Positions 45,344 through 56,800 of a DNA stretch of 57,283 nt are shown in pieces. Source of the DNA: a bacterium (GTDB lineage Bacteria > Bacillota > Clostridia > Christensenellales > UBA1242); contig JAILMD010000035.1 in assembly GCA_024692805.1 (NCBI GenBank), positions 1 through 57,283 on the forward strand, given 5' to 3'. Within the stretch, counting starts at the first letter, position 1. Every line of letters begins with the position of its first letter. Below the pieces are notes generated by a model. The model worked only from the letters and a program-made list of their open reading frames with translations. It was not told the origin of the DNA and made no database searches. The translations under genes and the position numbers were made by a program.

Positions 45344-48154
45344 ATGAAAAAATTTATTGAAATTGTTGGTGCGCGTGAAAACAATCTTAAAAACATTAAT
45401 GTTAAAATTCCGCATAACAAACTAGTTTTGTTTACGGGTTTGTCAGGCTCTGGGAAAAGTAGCCTTGCTTTTGATACAATTTTTGCTGAAGGTCAAAGGC
45501 GATATATGGAAAGTTTATCAAGTTACGCAAGGCAATTTTTAGGTCAAATGCAAAAGCCAAATGTTGAAAAGATTGAAGGGCTTAGCCCAGCAATTGCGAT
45601 TGATCAAAAAACAACAAGTTCAAACCCAAGGTCAACTGTTGGAACGGTTACTGAAATCTATGATTATTTTAGGTTATTGTTTGCTAACATTGGTGTTCCT
45701 TATTGCCCTAATTGTGGAACTCCTATTTCAACAACAAGCATAGATGTTATTGTTAAAAAAGTTTTAGCAAGTGAGCCTGATTCTAAAATTATGGTTTTGG
45801 CTCCGCTTGTTAGAGCAAGAAAAGGCGAATATACAAAACTCTTTGAAGATTTATTAAAGCAGGGTTTTGTTAGGGTTAATGTTGATGGAACTGTTTTCAC
45901 GCTTGGCGATGATATTAGATTAGATAAAAAACAAAAACACGATATTAGCGTTATTGTTGATAGGCTAATTTTAAAAGATGATATTAGAAGTCGATTAACT
46001 GGATCAATTGAAACGGCCTTAAAACTTGCAAACGGATTAGTTGCTGTTGATGTTGATGGCAAAATCTCTTTATTTAACACTAAACATTCTTGTGATATTT
46101 GTGGGTTTTCGTTTGGTGAAATTAGCTCAAGGTTATTTTCTTTTAACACACCTGTGGGGGCTTGTTCTGATTGTTCAGGTCTTGGCTTTAAAATGGAAAT
46201 TGACCCAGAACTTGTTTTTAAAGATGGAAGCCAAAAATTAAAAGATAATAGCTTTATGCAAATAAGTTATTTTAATGGTGATTATTATTCAAAGCATATT
46301 GCAGAACTTGCTAAGCGATATAACGTTAATCTTGATTCAAAGATTGAAGATTTGCCGGTTGAATTTAAAAATGTTCTTCTTTATGGAAGTGATGAAATGC
46401 TTGATATTAAATATGAAAGCGCACACTTTAAAGGAGAAATGAAAAGTCATTTTGATGGCATTATCAACAATCTTTATAAAAGATATACTAATAGCCAGAG
46501 TGATTTTGTTAGGCGTGAAATTGAAAAATATATGCAAACAAAGCCTTGCTCAACTTGTCATGGTAAAAGGCTTAATAAGCAGGCTTTAAGTGTTAAAATT
46601 GACGGCCTTGACATTTCGCAAGTTTGTGAGAAAAGTGTTAGAGATATTGCTGACTGGATTAACTCACTTAAATTAACTCAAAAAGAAGAAAAAATTGCCG
46701 CTGATATCATTAAAGAAATTAAGGCAAGGTGTAAGTTTTTAATTGACGTTGGTCTTGATTATTTAACGCTTAATAGAAGCGCTGGAACTCTTTCGGGCGG
46801 TGAAGCACAACGAATTAGGCTTGCGACTCAAATTGGAAGCGGCCTTGTTGGCGTAACTTATATTTTAGATGAGCCAAGCATTGGTCTTCACTCAAGGGAT
46901 ACTGACAGGCTTATTGCAACACTTAAAAACCTAAGAGACGTTGGCAACACTGTTATTGTTGTTGAGCATGACGAAGAAACAATAAAACAGGCTGATTATA
47001 TTGTTGACGTTGGCCCAAAGGCAGGCGTTCATGGTGGTGAAATTGTTGCAACAGGAAGTGTTAAAGATATAATTAATTGCCCAAGGTCAATAACGGGAAA
47101 ATATCTTAGTGGTGAAAAGAAAATAGCTCTTCCTTCAAAGCGTAGAAAAATTGATGAAAACAGAGTTATTGAAGTTATTGGCGCTAAGCAAAACAACTTA
47201 AAGAATGTTGACGTTAAAGTTCCGCTTGGTGTTTTTGTTGCGGTAACCGGAGTTTCTGGTTCTGGAAAGAGCAGTTTAGTTAATGATATAATTGTTCCTG
47301 CGCTTTCAAATAAACTTAATGGCGCTAAAATGATGGAAGGTAAATATGATGAAATTAAAGGCGCAGAGCATCTTGATAAAGTTGTTGTTATTGATCAATC
47401 GCCAATAGGCAGAACCCCACGAAGTAACCCAGCAACTTACACCGGTGTTTTTACACCAATAAGGGAGTTGTTTGCTAAAACGAGTGAAGCAAGAGCTAAA
47501 GGCTATCAAGCCAATAGGTTTAGTTTTAATGTTAAAGGTGGAAGGTGTGAAGCTTGTGGCGGTGATGGTCTTTTAAAAATTGAAATGCATTTCTTGCCAG
47601 ACGTTTATGTTACTTGTGACGTTTGCCACGGAAAAAGATATAATCACGAAACACTTCAAGTGACTTATAAAGGTAAAAATATTAACGACGTTTTAGAGAT
47701 GACGGTTGAAGATGCTTTAAAATTCTTTGAAAACCAACCAAGCATTATTAATAAAATTCAAACACTATATGATGTTGGTTTAGGTTATATTAAACTTGGC
47801 CAGCCAGCAACTGAACTTAGTGGCGGTGAGGCACAAAGGGTTAAGCTTGCAACAGAATTAAGTAAACGCCCAACCGGCAAAACGCTTTACGTTTTAGACG
47901 AGCCAACAACGGGGCTTCATTCTTATGATGTTGACAAACTTGTTTATATGCTTCAAAGGCTTGTTTCAACAGGAAATAGTGTTTTAGTTATTGAACACAA
48001 CCTTGATATGATAAAACAGGCTGATTATATTATAGACATGGGCCCTGAAGGTGGAGATAAGGGCGGAAAAATTATTGCAACAGGAAGCCCTGAAGAAATT
48101 TGCAAAAAAGCAAAAAGCATAACAGGGAAATATTTAGCAAAAGTTTTAGAATAA
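45344..48154 (+). CDS. uvrA: excinuclease ABC subunit A
   Basis: [22 protein letters not shown] and [10 protein letters not shown] Walker A motifs, two LSGGE signatures, CxxC zinc modules. ATG 45344 (the ORF-track start 45221 overlaps uvrB). Confidence 0.95.
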   Translation: MKKFIEIVGARENNLKNINVKIPHNKLVLFTGLSGSGKSSLAFDTIFAEGQRRYMESLSSYARQFLGQMQKPNVEKIEGLSPAIAIDQKTTSSNPRSTVGTVTEIYDYFRLLFANIGVPYCPNCGTPISTTSIDVIVKKVLASEPDSKIMVLAPLVRARKGEYTKLFEDLLKQGFVRVNVDGTVFTLGDDIRLDKKQKHDISVIVDRLILKDDIRSRLTGSIETALKLANGLVAVDVDGKISLFNTKHSCDICGFSFGEISSRLFSFNTPVGACSDCSGLGFKMEIDPELVFKDGSQKLKDNSFMQISYFNGDYYSKHIAELAKRYNVNLDSKIEDLPVEFKNVLLYGSDEMLDIKYESAHFKGEMKSHFDGIINNLYKRYTNSQSDFVRREIEKYMQTKPCSTCHGKRLNKQALSVKIDGLDISQVCEKSVRDIADWINSLKLTQKEEKIAADIIKEIKARCKFLIDVGLDYLTLNRSAGTLSGGEAQRIRLATQIGSGLVGVTYILDEPSIGLHSRDTDRLIATLKNLRDVGNTVIVVEHDEETIKQADYIVDVGPKAGVHGGEIVATGSVKDIINCPRSITGKYLSGEKKIALPSKRRKIDENRVIEVIGAKQNNLKNVDVKVPLGVFVAVTGVSGSGKSSLVNDIIVPALSNKLNGAKMMEGKYDEIKGAEHLDKVVVIDQSPIGRTPRSNPATYTGVFTPIRELFAKTSEARAKGYQANRFSFNVKGGRCEACGGDGLLKIEMHFLPDVYVTCDVCHGKRYNHETLQVTYKGKNINDVLEMTVEDALKFFENQPSIINKIQTLYDVGLGYIKLGQPATELSGGEAQRVKLATELSKRPTGKTLYVLDEPTTGLHSYDVDKLVYMLQRLVSTGNSVLVIEHNLDMIKQADYIIDMGPEGGDKGGKIIATGSPEEICKKAKSITGKYLAKVLE

Positions 48155-48165
48155 AAATTTAAATA

Positions 48166-48200
48166 AAAAAACACTTTACAATTTGTAAAGTGTTTTTATT
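48166..48200. terminator. bidirectional terminator
   Basis: aaaaacactttaca-att-tgtaaagtgttttt 14-bp stem. Confidence 0.9.
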
Positions 48201-48201
48201 T

Positions 48202-48708
48202 TTATCTTGAATAAGTTGCTTCGTAATAATCGCTTAATTCATTAATATAATTGCGAACGTCAATAATTTGGTTTCTTTCATATTCGGTTAAAGAAGGGAG
48301 ACTTTCTTTAATTGATAACACTGCAACAATTTTACTTGAAAAATCACAAACTTGGAATGGAAGTAAACAATAAACTCCGCCAACAATATCACAAACAGGC
48401 ATTATGTTTGCAAATTCTTTAAAATTATCTTTATCTTTAGATAGAGTATCTAAAGTGTTAACAAAGGCTTGACCATATTCAGCAATGCTGTAGTATGGGG
48501 CATAGTCATTAAAAAAGCCTTTTAAAATATGATCATCTTTTTTAATTGGGGTTGGCAATGTTGAATCAATAAGACCCATGCAGTTATTGCGTGTTTTCCT
48601 AATATCTTGCCAAATGGCATCTTTTTCTTCCTCAGTTAAATCTATATTAACATTTAAATAATAAGTGCCTTCAAAATATTTAAATTTAGGAATTTTAACG
48701 TTACTCAT
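48202..48708 (-). CDS. hypothetical cytoplasmic protein (about 168 aa)
   Basis: ATG 48708 preceded by agagagg. No TM and no recognised motif. Monocistronic. Confidence 0.6.
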   Translation of the reverse strand: MSNVKIPKFKYFEGTYYLNVNIDLTEEEKDAIWQDIRKTRNNCMGLIDSTLPTPIKKDDHILKGFFNDYAPYYSIAEYGQAFVNTLDTLSKDKDNFKEFANIMPVCDIVGGVYCLLPFQVCDFSSKIVAVLSIKESLPSLTEYERNQIIDVRNYINELSDYYEATYSR

Positions 48709-48800
48709 AAACAACCTCTCTTATATAAAAATATTATCATAATATGTCGATTGTGTCAAGAGTGGTTTATAAAAATAAAGAGTGATAATAATAAGAATAT

Positions 48801-49514
48801 ATGGGTTTAATGGCGATAAGGGCGGTAATAATTTACGTTTTTATCTTAATTGTTATTCGTTTAATGGGCAAGCGCCAAATTGGTGAAATGCAACCATTTG
48901 AGCTTGTTATAACTTTAATAATAGCAGACCTAGCCTGTGTTCCTATGGCGGAAATTAGCGTTCCGCTTGGTCATGGGCTTATTCCTATTTTCACATTATT
49001 AGTTGTTCACTTTCTAATTTGTGTTATTTCAAGAAAGGCTATGTGGGCAAGATATTTAGTTTCAGGAAGATCAGTTATTGTTATGGACAATGACGGAATA
49101 AATTATAACGAACTTAAAAAATTGAATATGACACTTGATGATCTTATTGAGGCGTTAAGGGGGTGTAATATTTTTAATCTTGAAGATGTTAGTTATGCTA
49201 TTATTGAAACAAATGGGAAGATGAGTTGCATAACAAAAAGCAACGTTAGCCCGGTAACAAAAGGTGATTTAAAAGTTAAAAGTGAGCCCGCAGAACTTCC
49301 AATTAATATTATAATGGATGGAAAAATAATGAAAGAAAATACCGCAGTTTTAGACATAAAACAAGAAAATATTGAGAAAATATTAAAAACACATAAAATT
49401 TATACAGTAAAATCGGTTTTAATTATGACAATGGATTCTAACGGAAATGTCTTTTTGCAAGAGCGTTTTAAGAGCGCCAAAAACTTTAAAGTTAGTTTGG
49501 GTGAGTTAAAATGA
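48801..49514 (+). CDS. DUF421 (YetF-like) membrane protein
   Basis: RLMGKRQIGEMQPFELVITLIIADLA signature, N-terminal TMs and a C-terminal soluble domain. Confidence 0.85.
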   Translation: MGLMAIRAVIIYVFILIVIRLMGKRQIGEMQPFELVITLIIADLACVPMAEISVPLGHGLIPIFTLLVVHFLICVISRKAMWARYLVSGRSVIVMDNDGINYNELKKLNMTLDDLIEALRGCNIFNLEDVSYAIIETNGKMSCITKSNVSPVTKGDLKVKSEPAELPINIIMDGKIMKENTAVLDIKQENIEKILKTHKIYTVKSVLIMTMDSNGNVFLQERFKSAKNFKVSLGELK

Positions 49515-49906
49515 AGAAAAAATGGGCTGTTATGATTGTCATAATACTGCTTATTGTTGGGCTTTGCGTTTTTGAAAGCATTTATATTCAAAACAGCTTT
49601 ACTTACCTTTATGGTGAGTTGGTTAAGTTTGAAGAAAAGATAAGTGAAGATGAAAATAATATTGGTTCGGAAGAAAATGTTGCAATAATCAAAGATCTTC
49701 ATTCTAGTTGGCAAAGGCGAAGTGATAATCTTAAAATGATTGTTTGGCATACAGGGATGAAAGAAGTTGAAATTAATCTCAGCCGAATTCAAAGTTATGT
49801 TATTACGAATAATTTTGAAGAGGCAATTGTTGAATTAAATGCTTTGAAAGATTTTTGTTTACATTATAAAGATGATTTTATTATAACGATTGAAAACATC
49901 TTATAG
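49511..49906 (+). CDS. DUF4363-like small anchored protein
   Basis: ATGA overlap with the DUF421 gene. N-terminal TM. A DUF4363 partner is common next to DUF421 in Clostridia/Bacilli (recalled, not checked). Confidence 0.65.
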   Translation: MKKKWAVMIVIILLIVGLCVFESIYIQNSFTYLYGELVKFEEKISEDENNIGSEENVAIIKDLHSSWQRRSDNLKMIVWHTGMKEVEINLSRIQSYVITNNFEEAIVELNALKDFCLHYKDDFIITIENIL

Positions 49907-51415
49907 TGTTTTCCTTTGTCGTTTAAAAATAAACATTTTAACGTTTGAAATGTTAGTAACAAAAACTAAAATGAGAAGTAAACTTGATGAAAGGATTGCT
50001 GAAATAGCAATGCTGAAGAAAGTTGGTAAAAGTTTAATTGCAATGTTATAACTAAAAATTCCAAGAATAACACAAGGAAGAATTAGTAAAAGCATCGACA
50101 ATAATATGTTTATAACGTGGTGGTCAATGACTTGGCGCTCTCTTAGCATTTTTATGTTTAAAATGCTTTGAGTTGAAGTTAATAAAAACATCCCAATTAT
50201 TAAGGCATAAACGCCGAAATATTTTGGTAAGAAATAAATTGATAAAAAGAGCAACAGGGCGCTAATTGCGCTATTTTTTAATGATTTAATTTCAAGTCCA
50301 ATTGCGTTTAAAATTGAGCCAGTTATTTGGCTTATTCCCATAGGAATCATTAAAATAGCAGAATAGGTTAAATAAATTCCAGCTTTTTCGTTATTAAACA
50401 AAAACTCGCCGATTGGTCTTCCAACGCTTAAAAACATTGGTAATAATAGGCATGAGGTAACAATAGCAAGCCCAACGCTTAAATTTATTTGGCTTTTTAG
50501 CGTTTCGCGGTTTTTAACTTCAACGTCAATATTTGTTGTTTGCTCGCTAATTTCAGGAATCATCGCAACGCTGAGCGAGCCAATGAGTGTTCCAGGAATC
50601 ATTAAAAGTGGGAAGGTCATTCCCATAATTATTCCATATTCGCTGAGTGCCTCGCTGGCTGACATTCCATAAAGCATAAGCCTTGCCGGAATAATAAGCG
50701 AAATTGCGCTTGTAATTAGGTTTGAAATAGTTCTAACGGCTGTTATTGGGCTGCTCTTTTTAATTAAAGGAACCATTGTTTTTTTGGGGCGGCCTAATCT
50801 TCCGCCAAAGGCGAAATAAACGATAATTACGAAAATTGCGCTAAAAATGCAGGCTAAACTTAAACTAATTGCAGTTTTTTCATCGGCGGGCAAACTTAGC
50901 GGAATAATCATTAAAATAAACAAAATTATTATTCTTGCGCCTTGTTCAAAGAACTCAGCAAAGCTTATTGAAAAGAAGCGTTTTTGGCCCCAAAGCGCGC
51001 CTCTTAAGATAGTATAAATAGCGCTTGAAATTAACGCTGGCATTAAAAGAATTATTATTCTTGTTGATTTTGGTGAGGTAAAAATAAAGTCTAATAAATT
51101 AGGAAAAATTGTTATAATTATTGCGCAAATAATTGATATTGAAAGCGTTAAAATAAGACCGCTTGAAACATACTCATTTTGAGTTTTAAAGTCGTTTTTT
51201 GATCTAAGGTTAGCAACATTTCTTCCAATGACAGTTGGAAGTCCGCTTGCAATAAGGGTTAGCATAACGCTAAAAACACTCATTGCCATTTGGTAACTTC
51301 CCAAAAGTTCGGCTCCTAAAATGCGTGATAAATAAATTCTCAAAACAAAACCAAGAGCACGCGTTAAAACAGAAAACAGGGTTACAAGAGCAACGGCTTT
51401 GAAAAGTTTACCCAT
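49901..51415 (-). CDS. MOP-superfamily flippase (MurJ/SpoVB/polysaccharide biosynthesis protein family)
   Basis: 504 aa, about 14 TM. N-terminus LFSVLTRALGFVLRIYLSRILGAELLGSYQMA is typical of the SpoVB/Wzx-like family. Confidence 0.8.
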   Translation of the reverse strand: MGKLFKAVALVTLFSVLTRALGFVLRIYLSRILGAELLGSYQMAMSVFSVMLTLIASGLPTVIGRNVANLRSKNDFKTQNEYVSSGLILTLSISIICAIIITIFPNLLDFIFTSPKSTRIIILLMPALISSAIYTILRGALWGQKRFFSISFAEFFEQGARIIILFILMIIPLSLPADEKTAISLSLACIFSAIFVIIVYFAFGGRLGRPKKTMVPLIKKSSPITAVRTISNLITSAISLIIPARLMLYGMSASEALSEYGIIMGMTFPLLMIPGTLIGSLSVAMIPEISEQTTNIDVEVKNRETLKSQINLSVGLAIVTSCLLLPMFLSVGRPIGEFLFNNEKAGIYLTYSAILMIPMGISQITGSILNAIGLEIKSLKNSAISALLLFLSIYFLPKYFGVYALIIGMFLLTSTQSILNIKMLRERQVIDHHVINILLSMLLLILPCVILGIFSYNIAIKLLPTFFSIAISAILSSSLLLILVFVTNISNVKMFIFKRQRKTL

Positions 51416-51543
51416 AAAAACACCTCGTTTAAATATATTTAATTGCAGATTTTTTTATGATGAACGAGTTATAATTGATAAAAAGTGACAAAGAATGTTT
51501 GCAAATTTCAAATTAAGTGATAAAATAAAATTGAGGACAAATT

Positions 51544-52665
51544 ATGATTGAGATTAAAAAAATATCTTCAAAAAAAGATATGAAGAAGTTTGTTAAATTT
51601 CCAACAAACCTTTATAAAGATAATCCTAACTATATTCCGCCAATTGAGCTTGATGAATATAACCTAACTAATCCTAAGAAAAATGCTTCATTTGATGAGA
51701 GCGAAGCGGAGTATTTTTTAGCGCTTGATAACGGTAGGGTTGTTGGGCGAATTGCAGGAATTATTAGCCACGCTTTCAATAACAAAAATAATGCTAAATA
51801 TGCTAGGATTTCAAGGTTTGACTCAATTGATAATAGCGAAGTTGCTAAAAAACTTATTGAAACTGTTGAAAATTGGGCTAAAGAGAAGGGCATGGAATAT
51901 GTTCATGGCCCGCTTGGCTTTAATGACCTTGAAAGAGAAGGGTTGATGACTTACGGGTTTGACACTATCGGAACCTTCCAGGGAAGTTATAATGCCGATT
52001 ATTATGAAAAATTCTTTACAGATAATGGATATAAACCTGATTGCAAATGGGTTGAATGGCGAATTCAAGTTCCTGATAAACCAAACGAAAGGGTTGCTAG
52101 GGTTGCAGAAAATGTTAGCAAACGTTTTGGTTTTTATGAAAAGAAGTTTAAAAATAAAAACGAGATTATTGATAACTATGGAAAGCAGTTTTTTGAATTG
52201 TTAGATGAATGCTATGTTGACCTTTATGGAACAGTTCCTTTTAATCAAAAACTTGTTGATCAAACTATTGGGCTCTTTAAACTCGTTATTGACCCAGATT
52301 ATGTTAGCCTAATCTTTAATAAAGAAGATGAATTAATTGGTTTTGGTTTAGGCTATCCTAGCCTTGCAAGGGCGATGCAAAAGAGCAGGGGAAGATTTTT
52401 ACCATTTGGTTGGGCTCGCTTATTAAAAGCAATTAAACACCCAAAAACGCTTGAACTTGCGCTTATTGCTGTTAAACCTGAATATCAAAAGAAGGGCGTT
52501 ACATCAATAATAATTAACAATATGCTAGCCAGAATGATTAAAAACAAAATAACTTATTGTGATACTGGTTGTCAGCTTGAAACTAACACTAGCGCGCTTG
52601 CTGCCCTTGATATGTTTGAAAGGGAAATCGTTAGAAGAAAAACCTGTTTTATCAAGAAAATATAA
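51544..52665 (+). CDS. GNAT-fold N-acetyltransferase-like protein (373 aa)
   Basis: FVKFPTNLYKDNPNYIPP N-terminus and acetyl-CoA-site-like VKPEYQKKGVTSIIIN near the C-terminus. Confidence 0.65.
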   Translation: MIEIKKISSKKDMKKFVKFPTNLYKDNPNYIPPIELDEYNLTNPKKNASFDESEAEYFLALDNGRVVGRIAGIISHAFNNKNNAKYARISRFDSIDNSEVAKKLIETVENWAKEKGMEYVHGPLGFNDLEREGLMTYGFDTIGTFQGSYNADYYEKFFTDNGYKPDCKWVEWRIQVPDKPNERVARVAENVSKRFGFYEKKFKNKNEIIDNYGKQFFELLDECYVDLYGTVPFNQKLVDQTIGLFKLVIDPDYVSLIFNKEDELIGFGLGYPSLARAMQKSRGRFLPFGWARLLKAIKHPKTLELALIAVKPEYQKKGVTSIIINNMLARMIKNKITYCDTGCQLETNTSALAALDMFEREIVRRKTCFIKKI

Positions 52666-52673
52666 CAAAAAAT

Positions 52674-52700
52674 AACCCCGCGGTTGCGGGGCTTTTTATT
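52674..52700. terminator. terminator between convergent genes
   Basis: ccccgc-ggtt-gcgggg GC-rich hairpin plus T run. Confidence 0.85.
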
Positions 52701-53780
52701 TTATTCTAAATTTGTTATTTCTTTTTGTTTTTTCTCAACGGCTATGAGCGTGCTGGTTATGTAAGGAATTATAGGAATAAATAATATAACAAAGAACTGC
52801 CAAGTAAACGCTAAAATATTCATAAAATAGAATGATGATGAAAGAACGGCAGTTTGGCAAAGAACTAAACTAAATGTTAAGAAATAACCGATTATTAAGG
52901 CCATGCTCCATCTTTTTATTGCTTTTGATAAGAATATGGTTTTCTTGCCAAAAAGCGACCTAATGACCCCAATAATCGCGTAAATTATTATAAATGCAGC
53001 GATAAAGAATAACCCAAAGCAAACAAACCTAACAAGGCCGAAAGCAAAGTCGCCACTCATGTCAACAATAGGCTTTTCATATAGTAAATCTGAAGCCATT
53101 GTTGAAGCGCCATAAATGCTTGTTTTAGGGAAATAAGCTTCAATATAAATTGGAATAAATAATGCGAGAATTGAAACGATTGTTGATAGCCCAGTAAAAG
53201 CAAAGCCAAGGCTATCTCTAGTTTTATTAGCGCTAGTTAAAACTCTTTTATCAAGCCTTGAAGCAAAAATTATAGTTAAAACTCCGATAGTTAAAACAAC
53301 AAATGGGCAAGCATTAACATAAAACTCCATATAGCCATTTGCCATTGAGTTAGTAACTATAAAAGATACTGCTGAAAAGATTGCAACAAAGATAGAAATA
53401 AAGCCAAGATAATAGGCGATTTTCTTGGTTAAAACGTTGTTTCTTATTATTGAATTCTTATTATGAGAAATAAGGTCAATGAGGCAGAGAATAAATAAAA
53501 CAATTGCCCCAACACAAAGTAATAGGTTAAACATTATTGCGCCTGTTGCCATCCAAACCGGGCCTGTTGAATTGTAATAAATATCAAAGGCATCAGTATT
53601 AAAAAATGGGGCATCAATAATATAAGTTAAAAAGTTAACATTTTTATCGTAAACAACAGAATTAAGTTCATCAGCGGCGTGCCCAACTATGTGAACAATG
53701 GGAACAAATAGTGAAACAACAATTAATATAACAGAAGTTATTAAAAGCGACCATAAAAATCCGTAATTTTTCTTTGACAT
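52701..53780 (-). CDS. polytopic membrane protein (359 aa, about 9 TM), unknown function
   Basis: RBS aaggag upstream. Hydrophobic throughout. No family recognised. Confidence 0.7.
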   Translation of the reverse strand: MSKKNYGFLWSLLITSVILIVVSLFVPIVHIVGHAADELNSVVYDKNVNFLTYIIDAPFFNTDAFDIYYNSTGPVWMATGAIMFNLLLCVGAIVLFILCLIDLISHNKNSIIRNNVLTKKIAYYLGFISIFVAIFSAVSFIVTNSMANGYMEFYVNACPFVVLTIGVLTIIFASRLDKRVLTSANKTRDSLGFAFTGLSTIVSILALFIPIYIEAYFPKTSIYGASTMASDLLYEKPIVDMSGDFAFGLVRFVCFGLFFIAAFIIIYAIIGVIRSLFGKKTIFLSKAIKRWSMALIIGYFLTFSLVLCQTAVLSSSFYFMNILAFTWQFFVILFIPIIPYITSTLIAVEKKQKEITNLE

Positions 53781-53830
53781 AACAATCTCCTTGTTAAGTT
53801 GATTATAACATAATGATTATGTTTTGTCTA

Positions 53831-53866
53831 AAAAAGAACTTCAATGTTTTATTGAAGTTCTTTTGT
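53831..53866 (-). terminator. rho-independent terminator after the large surface-protein gene
   Basis: agaacttcaat-N5-attgaagttct 11-bp stem, with a T run on the minus strand. Confidence 0.8.
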
Positions 53867-53869
53867 TTT

Positions 53870-56800
53870 TTAAACAAATCCATCTTTTCTGTTTTTATTG
53901 TTTATTTTTGTTTGCTTTGTTTTAACAATTGCAACATTAGTTGGTTTAACTTTTGCTGGCTTAATGCTCTTTCTAATTCTTGAAGCAACTATGGCAACAA
54001 TTGTTGCAACAACTAATAGTAATGATGAGAACACAACGAAGAAGATTGCAAGAGTGTTAGCGGTTTCTTTTTCATTATCCTCATTTTCTTCATCAGTTGT
54101 TGAAGAACTTTCTTCACTTGTTTCTTCTTCATCAGAAGTGTTAACAACATAACTTTTTGCTTTAATTGTTGTTTCTTGACCGGTTAAATCTTTAGTTTCA
54201 GCGTCATAAACTTCAGTTGTTATGCTTTCAACGTTGATATCTCTAATTAAAGCAAATCCGCTAACAAGGTTATTTGCGTCACCTAAAGCAAACTTAACTG
54301 AAACAGTTGTTATGCTTGAATTCCCGGTTGCGATATATGCGAAATATTGAACATATCCGTTGTTATCGATAACGTCAGTTGTGTTGACTTTATCAAATTC
54401 AATATCAATGTTGTTGATATAAATTTTAAAGTGGTCACCAACGCTTTCGTTTGTTTTAACCCAGAAACTAATTTTATAATGAGATTTAGCAGCCAAAGTC
54501 ATTGAGCCAAGGCTTGAAGCAAGACTTTGTTTAGGAAGGTTGTTATAAAGCAATAAAACAGTATCAGTTTTTGCTTCGGCTAAAGATAGGTAAGTGTTAG
54601 ATAAACTTAAGTTAACATCAATGGTTGTTAAAGCGTTGTTGCTGTTTAAGATATAAGCATTTCCGCTAACAATATTTTCATCATCGTCTTTAACTTCGCT
54701 AACTTTATAGTTGTTGCTCTTGTAATAAGTTTTTCCATCTATAGGGCTAGTTGTGTGAGCAGTTGCATTATCACCAATAAAGTCAAGCAATCTAACATTA
54801 TTAGCAACTTGATCGCTCCAAGTTTTGTTAGCGTTTAAAAGTGTTTCATAATCAGTTAAAGAAGTTGTTGTTTTAACGTTTCTAAAGAAAACAGTTCCTG
54901 TTGCTTTTGAAACGCCAAGGGCAAGTTTAAATGATTGAGAAGAAGCGCTTGTTCTAACAACAAAAGTGTAAGTTGTCCAACTGCTTGTTCCGCTTACTTG
55001 GTTAACGTCAAAGTCAAGTATTGTTTCATCATTATAAATAAGCCTTGCGATAATGTTTCCTGAGAAGTTAATATTAGCAGTATAAACTTCAAAAGTGACT
55101 AACATTGTTTTATCGTTAGTTAAACTGAATGTTCCATCAGTTGTAAATAGATAAATACTGTCATCAGCAGTTGGAGCGGCTGATGGGTTATAAATAGCTA
55201 AAACATTAATTTGAGCGCCACTAGAAATTGGGTTGGCAACTCCGCCAAGTTTTGTTTCGAGATCAGAGCCAGCAAAGTATATAGAAGTGTTAGTTGGAAC
55301 GATTCCTGAAATAGCGTCATCATAATTCTTGCTGGTTAATGACCAACTAGAAGGAGTTATAGGATAACTTAATGTTGCTGTTTCATAAGTTCCATAGTTA
55401 AAGTAACCATTAGTTACTGTTTCAGGTTGAAGCGCACTTGATGGGCTTAAATCTAACCTTTGAGTTGAACTTGAATTATTATATTCAGTTGAGGTTATTT
55501 TATCAACTCTAATATGATCATAATAAACAGTTGAGTTAACTCCACAAAGTAAAACTATTTGAGCGTCAAGATCATTAAATGCGTTGCCTCTTACGTAAAT
55601 AACAACTTCAGTCCAGTTATTGTTAATGTCGTTAGAAACGGTGTAAGGCGCAGAAGAAACTGAAGCTGAGAAGGTTTTTCCTTCTGGGTTAGCGCCGGTT
55701 TTAATTTTAGATAAAACCATAATTTCAGCCTTATCAGATGTTTTTTCTGCTTTAAGCATAACAGAAACTCTGTAGCAAGCAAGTTGGTCAACTTTAAAAG
55801 ATTTGCTGACTAAACCAAGGCTAATATCGCTTGTTTTGTTGGTTAATTTTAAGTAATAGTTATCGTTATTAAACGTGTTAACTTCAAAAATAGAATTTTC
55901 ATTAACTGTTTGGGCGATAAAATATGTTTTATCAGTTGTTCCTGAAGTTATTGCGTTATAAGCATTTTCATAGTTTGTTTTGTTTAAACTTGTTAAATCT
56001 TCAGGAGAATAATAATACCAATCTTTAAGTAAAGCGTCAGCTTTAACAAACGAAGACTGTTCTTCAAATTTTTCATAAACACTAAGCGTTGATGAAAAAT
56101 CAGTGTCAATTCCGGTAAGAGCAACATTTCTTTCAGTGTTTGGATTGTATGAATAATAGTTAGTGGCAATAGCAGTTCCATTTACAGCGTGATTAACAAA
56201 GTCAAGTTCACTAATCTGTTTCATTTCAACATTATCATAAAGAACATAACCGGTTTCAGTTGCGTTTGTTCCAATTGATTCGTAACTATTATAGTTAAGG
56301 TTAAGCGTTAATTGGCTATAAGTTTCTTTAAGCGTTGCAAAGAATAGGTGATATTTAGCCCAAACACCATCGCTTTCAATTGGGTCAGTTTCATATTCAA
56401 CTGAGTTGGTTAATTTAACAGTTGTTTTAGCGTTTTTAGTTAAAACATGGAAAGACAAAACATAATAAGAGTTTTTACCTAAACCACTTATTTGCATTTG
56501 CTCTCGGTTATAAACCTTAGTATGCGCTTCGTCAGATTTTTCATTTGGCGCATCTTTAGCAAAAAGACCTAAAACGTAATTATCAACTGAACCTTCAGCA
56601 TCAAGAAGTGATCCATCACTTCTTGTTGTTGGGTTAGCTAACCCCGTTAGGTTATTAGAATCAAAGCCGTTAATTAAGTCAATTTTAGCGTTTGTTCCAT
56701 TAAAAACAGACGAATCATCAGCATTTTGATAGTGTGACCATGATGCTGCTACTGAGAAATCGTCAGAGTAAATATCAACAGGTGAATATGCAGCATAGGT

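Noticed and set aside
48801-49906. DUF421 plus DUF4363 pair as a candidate novel system.
   Set aside because: As I recall, this is a widely distributed two-gene arrangement (YetF-like). It is poorly characterised but not new, and nothing atypical is seen here.
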